The notes beneath the pieces were generated by a model. It was not told where the DNA came from, did no database searches, and saw only the letters and a program-made list of their open reading frames with translations. Positions 57,267 through 64,000 of a DNA stretch of 64,000 nt are shown in pieces. The position numbers and the translations under genes were made by a program. Source of the stretch: Candidatus Bathyarchaeota archaeon (GTDB lineage: Archaea > Thermoproteota > Bathyarchaeia > 40CM-2-53-6 > RBG-13-38-9); assembly GCA_026015185.1 (NCBI GenBank), contig JAOZGX010000103.1, positions 2,127 through 66,126 on the forward strand, read 5' to 3'. How positions within the stretch are numbered: the first letter of the stretch is position 1; every line of letters starts with the position of its first letter.

Positions 57267-57644
57267 ATGAAAAATAGTATTGTCGCTGGTGCTATAGCTG
57301 GGCTTGTAGGTGCAGTAGTAGCTGTAATATTTGGCATTTTACTTTGTTTCGTAGGATGGTGTCCAATGCCTACTTCGTATTCTAGCATAGTAATGATTAT
57401 TATTTCTTTAATTTTCGGTGCAATATTTGGCAGAATATATGAGATGATTCAGCGCTCTATTCCGGGTAAAGGTTCTATGAAAGGCCTTAACTTCGGTTTA
57501 TTGATATGGCTAATTTGTAATATCGCAGCTGGTGCTTATGTTGGTTTAGTCGTTAATGAAGTATCTACAGCGATTGGCTTAATCTCTTTTGGTTTCTTCA
57601 CATGGATCGTATACGGATACGTGCTCGGAATACTATACAAGTAG
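57267..57644 (+). CDS. Small 4-TM membrane protein, member 3 of the paralog family
   Basis: AGAIAGLVGA ... IPGKGSMKGLNFGLLIWL ... GILYK. TAG stop. Confidence 0.6.
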   Translation: MKNSIVAGAIAGLVGAVVAVIFGILLCFVGWCPMPTSYSSIVMIIISLIFGAIFGRIYEMIQRSIPGKGSMKGLNFGLLIWLICNIAAGAYVGLVVNEVSTAIGLISFGFFTWIVYGYVLGILYK

Positions 57645-57923
57645 TCCATTTATCTTTAAAAATCCCCTTTTTTATTTTTTATCTAGGAATGGACTCCTTA
57701 GCAGTAGATTTTATGGTTATTTGATCTTAACATTAAAGTAGCATAAGCTGGGTTCAGAATCACAAATTCAAATAACACAAGTAAAGATAAAGTGCGGGCA
57801 CTAATTTGTTATGATAATTCTAGGAAATTCTTAATTAAAACTTCATAAATTACCTATTGATTATCATTATTTTTTCAATACTTCACCAATTCCTTGATGA
57901 ATTAAGAAGGGGGTGAGAATTTT

Positions 57924-58331
57924 ATGAAAAGCGGTGTTGCTGCAGGTGCTATTGCGGGTATAATCGCTGGCATAGTGGCAGTTCTTTACTTAGAATTACT
58001 TGTTAATATGGGCCCATTAGCAATGTATTATGTTGCAGATCCAGTTATTTTGATGAAGTGGGCTGCAACTCATATCGGACTTAACGTGTTCTGGGGAGCC
58101 GTAATGGGTGCAGTATTCGCAAAGGTTTATAATGTGGTTCCAAATAAAGGTGCAATGAAAGGGCTTATCTTCAGCCTGATAATGTGGATATTTGTAAACG
58201 TCTATATGGTTACATTTAATACTCTGAGCTTAGGAATGCCTGTTACTATGTCAGGAATTCTTTTAATCTCAGTTGGATTACTTGTGAGAATTGTATATGG
58301 CCCAATACTTGGAGTTCTCTATAAGAAATAG
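57924..58331 (+). CDS. Small 4-TM membrane protein, member 4 of the paralog family
   Basis: AGAIAGIIAG ... VPNKGAMKGLIFSLIMW ... GVLYKK. TAG stop. Confidence 0.6.
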   Translation: MKSGVAAGAIAGIIAGIVAVLYLELLVNMGPLAMYYVADPVILMKWAATHIGLNVFWGAVMGAVFAKVYNVVPNKGAMKGLIFSLIMWIFVNVYMVTFNTLSLGMPVTMSGILLISVGLLVRIVYGPILGVLYKK

Positions 58332-58430
58332 TCCACTCATATAATGGTTGGCTCTTCCATTAATTCCCTTCTTTTTTCTATCACTTTAAGATTTTTTTTA
58401 ATGTTTGCGCGCTTTATTCTTGAAATTATT

Positions 58431-58748
58431 TTATTTCTTTTTTTCGACTTTAATTTTACATTTCGTAGCAATTGCAGCGATCGATCCAAGTGCAGCTAGC
58501 CATGGGGCCAGAATAATACCTACAACACCTGCCGTTACTGGAATTTCAAGAAGGGTTTTTCCCTCTTCATTTTCAACAATTATCTTGCTCACTTTTCCTT
58601 CTTCAATGATCTCTTTTGTTTTCTGTACAAGCTCCTCTGATTTAACCTCGAATTCTTCAATAAACGATTTGCCTAAGTTTGCTCCGCAGTTTGAGCAATA
58701 ATTTGCATCTTCTGGTAATTTTTTATTACATTTTCTACAAGAAACCAT
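58431..58748 (-). CDS. Zinc-ribbon protein with a C-terminal hydrophobic helix
   Basis: CRKCNKK...CSNCGANL, then an acidic linker and a TM segment. In the same frame as the upstream vWA gene, separated by two TAGs. Confidence 0.5.
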   Translation of the reverse strand: MVSCRKCNKKLPEDANYCSNCGANLGKSFIEEFEVKSEELVQKTKEIIEEGKVSKIIVENEEGKTLLEIPVTAGVVGIILAPWLAALGSIAAIATKCKIKVEKKK

Positions 58749-58790
58749 AGGACATCTACCCTTATTCTATAGTAAGAAATGCTTTTTTAT

Positions 58791-60338
58791 CTATCTGAAA
58801 TAGCGTCTGCATCTAGCGCAGTACCATCTTCCGGTTCGGCTGTCGCATATCAAGGACGATCTACATCTCGGACAAGAAGCGTGTGCACTACTAATGACTC
58901 TTCCCCTTCCACGTCTAGAATAGTAGATTCCTCCAACTGCAGATGTAGCTAACATCAAGAAAAATATAACGATAACGAAGAAGATGATCGGACTTAATTC
59001 TCCGGCGCTAACATCTACTTTTGTAGTCGCTATATTATCAGTCCTGTTTTGCTCCCATATATTCTCATTTGGATCTGCAATGACTTTAACATCATATCTC
59101 CCTCCTTGAACATCGGAAGTATTCCATTTATAGCTAACATTCTTAGGCTTATTCGGTTCAAGAATCACGGTTTGACTGTTCAACAATGTATTGTTCGACC
59201 TCATCTCTACCTCGCAAGCATCTTGTAACATACCTTTACTCTCAACAGTAGCTAGAATATTCACTAATTCTCCACGGCTTACCCTATCTGGCTCTGCAAC
59301 TAATCGAGTTACTGCAATATCGTGAAAAACCAATCCAGGTAAGAGATTTATTGTAACTGGAACATCTTCAATCGTAGTATATTTAATTTGAGTCTGGCTT
59401 ATGGCACTACTGGAATCAACAGCTTCGTCAGCTCGGGCTGTATAGGAAACCTCCCAGACTTCATTTATCCAAAGAGTGCCTACATCCCATTTGAGAGTTG
59501 TATTTGAACTCTCATTTATTTCATCTGGAGTTATCGAAGAGTCCTTATTATAGGATAAATAATAGGGAACGGTCTCAGATACCGTAATTCCAATACCGGC
59601 TATCGCTAATCTGCCTGCAATCTCAATAAATATGTCTTGAAGTTCTTCTGATGTCGGTGCAAAGTAATATTGACCGTCAGTAATATCAGCGATCATTCTA
59701 AGCCTATCAGCATCAACATCGCTCCCTAAACCTATTGTATATATAACAATCCCACTATCTCTAGTTTCTTCTGCAAGGGACTCAAACGCCCCATCAGGAA
59801 CCGCTGGATAATTATGACGACCGTCTGTGAGGAATATTTCTACTAACGGGATATCTTCTCTTGCCGAATCAATGAGAAGTTCATTTGTGGTTTTTATGGC
59901 ATCATAGATGTTAGTAGTTCCTGCTGCACTCACTTTGAAAGTGTCTATCTCACTCTTTAAAAAATCCTTATTAGCGGAATTCATGAATTCTAAATCAGAT
60001 TCAATCTTTACATCTCTTGAAAATGTAATCAAACCAACTCTATCGATATCATCGGTAAAATCTAGAAATGCTTTAGCTGCAGTTTTAGCATCAGCTATTT
60101 TACTACCGCTCATGCTACCAGATCTGTCAAGAACCAAAACGACATCTACTTCAGAAAAACCAATATCTCCGACTCCAGAAAGCTCGATAGTAATCCTTAC
60201 CGTTTCCCCCTCTAAAACACGTTGGGGAGAGATTATCTTATTTATTTCTAAGCGTTGAATCCCTTGTGAATTCGCATTAGGGATGTATATGGGTAGGATT
60301 ACCAACAGTATGAAAATTAAAGGAATTATTTTGCGCAA
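58791..60338 (-). CDS. Secreted vWA-domain + CARDB-domain protein with a C-terminal TM and cytoplasmic zinc-ribbon tail
   Basis: MIDAS DRSGSMSGSKIADAKTAAK; CARDB-like ILATVESKGMLQDACEVEMR...; TM; then CPRCRSS...CARCRRYFR. Paralog of 25315..26883. TAG stop. Confidence 0.8.
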   Translation of the reverse strand: MRKIIPLIFILLVILPIYIPNANSQGIQRLEINKIISPQRVLEGETVRITIELSGVGDIGFSEVDVVLVLDRSGSMSGSKIADAKTAAKAFLDFTDDIDRVGLITFSRDVKIESDLEFMNSANKDFLKSEIDTFKVSAAGTTNIYDAIKTTNELLIDSAREDIPLVEIFLTDGRHNYPAVPDGAFESLAEETRDSGIVIYTIGLGSDVDADRLRMIADITDGQYYFAPTSEELQDIFIEIAGRLAIAGIGITVSETVPYYLSYNKDSSITPDEINESSNTTLKWDVGTLWINEVWEVSYTARADEAVDSSSAISQTQIKYTTIEDVPVTINLLPGLVFHDIAVTRLVAEPDRVSRGELVNILATVESKGMLQDACEVEMRSNNTLLNSQTVILEPNKPKNVSYKWNTSDVQGGRYDVKVIADPNENIWEQNRTDNIATTKVDVSAGELSPIIFFVIVIFFLMLATSAVGGIYYSRRGRGRVISSAHASCPRCRSSLICDSRTGRWYCARCRRYFR

Positions 60339-60431
60339 TTACGACCGACCGTTATTATTCTTAATATCTAGCGCCTTTTTATCTATAAAGTGTTTGATCC
60401 TCGTAATTTGATAAGAAACTCTTTAAATTTA

Positions 60432-60836
60432 CTAACTAAAGAATCTACCCATTACATAAGCCCCAAGAAACATCGATGCGATTCCGATAAGGATTGGAAC
60501 ATTCCCTATACCTATACTTGCAACAGCAGAACCAGGACACTGCCCAGAAATACCCCATCCTATCCCAAATATCGTTGCTCCGATAATGGTCCTCTTACTT
60601 AGAATACGCTCTCTCCTTTTGAATTCTCCACCAGTAAATGATTCTTTCATTACTTTTGGAATAAGATTAATGGTAAGCCCTGTTACTAAAGCAGCCCCTC
60701 CAATCACTAATAAAAGGCCAAGATCCTTGAGCTGTAAGAAACTCAAAACGATCTCTGGTTTGGTCATTCCACTCGCTGCCAAACCAAAGCCAAATAATAG
60801 CCCTCCTAGAAATACCAAAGGATGATTGGCTCTCAT
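60432..60836 (-). CDS. YeeE/YedE-family (sulfur-transport DUF395) membrane protein, second half-gene
   Basis: The likely start is MRANHPLVFLGGLLFGFGLA, with an ATGA overlap with the upstream gene. GWGISGQCPGS motif. TAG-TAA tandem stop. Confidence 0.65.
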   Translation of the reverse strand: MRANHPLVFLGGLLFGFGLAASGMTKPEIVLSFLQLKDLGLLLVIGGAALVTGLTINLIPKVMKESFTGGEFKRRERILSKRTIIGATIFGIGWGISGQCPGSAVASIGIGNVPILIGIASMFLGAYVMGRFFS

Positions 60837-61297
60837 GGTGATACACCCAATGCTTGAACAAGTATTGCAGTAAGTATAGCGACTATTATGAAGGTAATTA
60901 CTGCATACAAAGAAGTAGTTGAGAGAGAAGCTAAACCACTTATGCCATGACCAGATGTACATCCCTTTGATAGGCGTGTTCCAAAGCCCACAAGAAATCC
61001 TCCTATAGCCAGTCGCCACCACTGTACAGAAGTCGTAAAGAAACTAGAGAATATTATCGTATAGATGAAAGCACCTATAATAAGCCCTGCTGCCAAGGTA
61101 AGCCGCCAGTCTCTTGAGTTAAGATACCCTTTTTGTTGAAAATAAGGTCTTCTTGAAAAATAAGATATAGTTGTGCTAAAAAAACTGCTTGTAGTAGCAT
61201 GAAGTCCAGTAGTTAAAAAAACAAAACTTACTCCTAAACCTATTATGATTCCACCAATTAGATAAGAAAATATTCCTAATGGAAAAAATTGAAACAT
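60833..61297 (-). CDS. YeeE/YedE-family (sulfur-transport DUF395) membrane protein, first half-gene
   Basis: GFGTRLSKGCTSGHGISG is the family's signature Cys loop. Confidence 0.7.
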   Translation of the reverse strand: MFQFFPLGIFSYLIGGIIIGLGVSFVFLTTGLHATTSSFFSTTISYFSRRPYFQQKGYLNSRDWRLTLAAGLIIGAFIYTIIFSSFFTTSVQWWRLAIGGFLVGFGTRLSKGCTSGHGISGLASLSTTSLYAVITFIIVAILTAILVQALGVSP

Positions 61298-61343
61298 ATT
61301 TCAAAATTGAAGTTTGAGTAATAATAAATCTTTTTGGTTCTTC

Positions 61344-64000
61344 TTAATCCCAAAAAGATCTTGTACGCTGGTATTCCCTCTCTGCTTTCAATATTTCTTT
61401 ATAGAAATCCGAATCTTTTCTAACATACTTTCTTAAAATTCTGGTTGCTACTGTTGGTCCAACGCCTCTGGAAGCTAATACTATTACTGCTTTCTTGCCA
61501 TTATTTTGAACGAGTCCAGCAGATTTCCAAGCTCTATTCCACATCTCCGTCTCCTCTATTTCGAGCTTTTTACCATCCTTCTTCTTTCTAATTACGCTTA
61601 ACAAGTTGTTATTACCCTTATAGGTGACCGAGATAAGCGTTGAACCGCATTTAGGACATTTAATTGACTCCGGGAGTTTGCCAACAATTCTTATTCCTTC
61701 CCAATCTGCGTTGAAAATGCATACTAACCTTACTCTATTAGAAAGTATCCTTTCTTTTATTATTTCTAAAATAGATTTATCACCAGAAATCGGTCTAAGA
61801 ACACTATGAGGCACGATTTTATCCAGAATGGGTAGTGCTAAAGGAGAATAATCAGCTTCTTTAGATTGAGCGAACTCGATTTTTATTTTTCCATCAATTA
61901 TCCTCTTAGCCACACTCTTAGCATTCGCTAAATCCATCTTTTCCAAAAATGATTCTCTAATAGCTTCTTGATTTATTGGAGTATCACTTAATATCCTTGC
62001 GAGTTGTTTTCCTCTACTGATTTTATACTCAACTTCCGACTCAACTACTCCAAATCTTTTGGCCACATGCCAATTTATCCATGCGAAATTTTCTGTTTCT
62101 TGAACTGTCTTGGTTAGGATCTCTTCAAGATCCTTAGGAGTAAGCTTCAACAACTCTTCTCCTACTATTCTCTCATTGATTTTTATTGGACATACCAAAG
62201 CAATTCGGTAAGAATCAATTATTACAGATACGTTTATGCCGTATTTTGCTCCTATAAGCGCCCTTAAGATTGCTCCATAAACTTCATTAACTAGATTTCC
62301 AAGGCAACCATGTATTATAACACAATTCTCGAATCTTTCAATAAGAATCAAATCATCAGATGGTAATGGGTAATGCTTAGCATGATTTTGTATGGTTTCC
62401 TTAACTTTATCCATACTTTGGCTACTCAGTCCCGCTTCTTTGCATAAAGATGAAATTGATTCGCCTTTCTTTATTGATACTGCTAAAGTTTTTCTGAGTT
62501 TCCCCACCTCCTGAGCAACATCATGTTCTACGGGTATTAACTCCCCTTCCCAACTGGGAATTGCGTTAAAACTAGGGTTTGTGGGTTCAACCTCAATTTT
62601 GCGTTCTTCATCGTCAATACTAAGAATCCGCCAAGTACTACCATGCATAATAAATTCCACCCCTGTAGCGCACTTCTTGGCCACAAACGCTTGATCTAGC
62701 GTTCCTATCCTAGTCTTCCTGAAAAAGTCCAAAACATGGTATTTTCTAACATCTGGAATTACTGACAAATTCCCAAAATAGTACTGATAGGTCCTTCGAA
62801 AAGAGAGGGAAACCCAATCATCCCTTTTTCTAAGTATTTTTTCGCTTTCTAATTGATTGATAACTTTTACAAGATCTTCGGGGCTTAAATTCCAATATGG
62901 GTAGGCCCCTTTTACAATCGAGTAGATTTTTTGGATCTTTACTCTCTTAAGATCCATTACTATTCCTACAATTTGATGCGCCAAGACATCAAACGCATTT
63001 TCATGAATCTTCACAGTCTCTATTTTACCTTGTTTTGCACGCTTTATTAGTACAAAAGACTCAAGAACATCATCTGGGAAACAGGTAATCACGCAGCCTT
63101 TTGGAAGACCTGTTACTTGGTGGTTGCTTCTTCCTATTCTTTGAATTAAACGAGTAGTCCCTCTAGGCGACATATATTGTATCACATAATCAACAACGCC
63201 TACATCCACTCCAAGTTCTAAAGAAGAAGTACATATTATTCCCTTTAGTTTACCTGCTTGAAATTCCTCTTCAACCTCTTCTCTTATTTCTCTTGAGAGG
63301 GAACCATGATGAGTCCTTATTGGTAAATCACCTCTTATCGCTCTTATTTGAGATCCTAATGCTTCTGCATGTTCTCGCGTGTTGGTAAATACTAATGTAG
63401 ACGTATTTTTGGAAGCAAGCTCAGCTATCCTTTTCACACGTGCGATAGATGAGGGAGGAATTCCAAAAGATTTTGCGATCTTGGAATCACCATCACTTGG
63501 CAGGGGATATTCTAACTTTATATCAATATCTTTGAATTCTTGTGTTCTCAATACTCTGACTGATTTATCTGAACCTGCCAATAATTTGGCAATCTTGGTT
63601 TCATCGCCAATCGTAGCTGATAATCCTATTCTTTGATATTTATTTCCAATGTTATTTCGAAGTCTTTCTAATGCTAATGAAAGTTGTATGCCTCTTTTAC
63701 TATCCACTAGCTCATGTATTTCGTCAACGATAACCCACTTAACACTTTTAAGATGTTCCTTCATTCTCTTACCAGGAAGTATCGCTTGAATGGTTTCAGG
63801 TGTAGTAATAAGCATGTCCGGTGGTCTTTTTGCTTGTTTTGCTCTAACACTTTGCACGGTATCTCCATGCCTAACTTGAACATCAATTCCAAGCTCTTTG
63901 CCTATTTCAGAAATTCTCCTAAAGATATCTCTATTTAAGGCTCTAAGCGGAGTGATATATAGTATAGAAATGCCGGAAGCCCCTTCACTCTTTTTACTTG
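61344..64000 (-). CDS. lhr: Lhr-type large ATP-dependent helicase (5' end beyond the window edge)
   Basis: Helicase motifs (TPETIQAIL, DEIHE, SATIGD, QRIGRSNH) followed by a long Lhr-specific C-terminal region. The reading frame stays open upstream of the tracked GTG to the window end (…SPLRALNRDIFRRISEIGKELGIDVQVRHGDT…). Confidence 0.85.
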   Translation of the reverse strand, partial: SKKSEGASGISILYITPLRALNRDIFRRISEIGKELGIDVQVRHGDTVQSVRAKQAKRPPDMLITTPETIQAILPGKRMKEHLKSVKWVIVDEIHELVDSKRGIQLSLALERLRNNIGNKYQRIGLSATIGDETKIAKLLAGSDKSVRVLRTQEFKDIDIKLEYPLPSDGDSKIAKSFGIPPSSIARVKRIAELASKNTSTLVFTNTREHAEALGSQIRAIRGDLPIRTHHGSLSREIREEVEEEFQAGKLKGIICTSSLELGVDVGVVDYVIQYMSPRGTTRLIQRIGRSNHQVTGLPKGCVITCFPDDVLESFVLIKRAKQGKIETVKIHENAFDVLAHQIVGIVMDLKRVKIQKIYSIVKGAYPYWNLSPEDLVKVINQLESEKILRKRDDWVSLSFRRTYQYYFGNLSVIPDVRKYHVLDFFRKTRIGTLDQAFVAKKCATGVEFIMHGSTWRILSIDDEERKIEVEPTNPSFNAIPSWEGELIPVEHDVAQEVGKLRKTLAVSIKKGESISSLCKEAGLSSQSMDKVKETIQNHAKHYPLPSDDLILIERFENCVIIHGCLGNLVNEVYGAILRALIGAKYGINVSVIIDSYRIALVCPIKINERIVGEELLKLTPKDLEEILTKTVQETENFAWINWHVAKRFGVVESEVEYKISRGKQLARILSDTPINQEAIRESFLEKMDLANAKSVAKRIIDGKIKIEFAQSKEADYSPLALPILDKIVPHSVLRPISGDKSILEIIKERILSNRVRLVCIFNADWEGIRIVGKLPESIKCPKCGSTLISVTYKGNNNLLSVIRKKKDGKKLEIEETEMWNRAWKSAGLVQNNGKKAVIVLASRGVGPTVATRILRKYVRKDSDFYKEILKAEREYQRTRSFWD

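Noticed and set aside
58749-58793. Possibility that vWA 58791..60338 and zinc-ribbon 58431..58748 are one read-through gene
   Set aside because: Two TAG codons within 16 codons make a single lesion unlikely. The vWA protein already ends with its own complete Cys4 ribbon and basic tail. Treated as two genes, with the same-frame relationship noted.
59908-60258. 116-aa + strand ORF
   Set aside because: Antisense to the second vWA gene.
60833-61022. 190-nt overlap between the two YeeE/YedE ORFs, suggesting a frameshifted single gene
   Set aside because: An internal ATG (MRANHPLVFLGG) gives a clean ATGA-overlap start for the second half. The N-terminal 62 codons of the tracked ORF are a non-homologous Cys/Tyr-rich out-of-frame read.
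1-64000. Genome-wide TAG recoding (pyrrolysine), suggested by the in-frame TAGs at 19092 and 58791/58767
   Set aside because: About 16 of roughly 75 genes in the window terminate cleanly at TAG with good C-terminal homology, and two of these have TAG-TAA tandem stops. That frequency is incompatible with TAG being a sense codon genome-wide.
1-64000. tRNA, rRNA or CRISPR content
   Set aside because: No GC-rich cloverleaf-sized segments, no rRNA-like conserved blocks and no regularly spaced direct repeats were seen in any intergenic region.

Overview
This is an AT-rich archaeal chromosomal segment of roughly 75 genes at high coding density. The archaeal assignment rests on TFB, Alba, RPA, Sec61-beta, an Lhr-type helicase, TATA-like AT boxes upstream of starts, and ATGA/TTG start overlaps. 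There are no rRNA or tRNA genes and no CRISPR array or transposase that I can see. TAA is the usual stop codon, with TGA and TAG each used about 13-16 times.

Recognisable content:
- **Housekeeping and repair:** the 3' part of a DEAD-box helicase, a polyprenyl synthase, TFB, Alba, RPA, endonuclease III, an HDAC-family enzyme, an AlkD-like protein, and a partial Lhr helicase running off the window end.
- **Signalling block:** two paralogous PAS histidine kinases flanking a KaiC-like ATPase and a UbiA prenyltransferase.
- **Metabolism:** a cupin, a class V aminotransferase and an enolase-superfamily enzyme in one cluster.
- **Transport:** a LivFG / LivJ / LivMH branched-chain ABC system.
- **Heme:** an octaheme (8 x CxxCH) c-type cytochrome next to hemA.
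- **Arsenic:** a bona fide ArsM arsenite methyltransferase beside an unusual CC..CC-AbrB-domain protein and a Cys-motif membrane protein.
- **Thiol redox:** a compact Rieske / glutaredoxin / FTR-catalytic-like / Rieske operon followed by an ArsC-type LMW phosphatase.
- **Surface module:** two paralogous vWA-CARDB membrane proteins, each followed by a small zinc-ribbon gene.
- **Small membrane family:** four paralogs of a ~130-aa 4-TM protein.
- **Other:** a split YeeE/YedE pair and tandem DUF72 genes.

The most unusual sequence-level signals are:
- a GC-rich palindromic dodecamer (TAGCGCGCGCTA and close variants) that recurs at least ten times in AT-rich intergenic DNA, usually about 50-65 nt upstream of a start codon;
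- a second recurrent GC-rich motif (GGGTACCTTGG) in three 3' intergenic hairpins;
- an unannotated 33-codon metallothionein-like micro-ORF;
- two places where adjacent ORFs are in frame across TAG codons.
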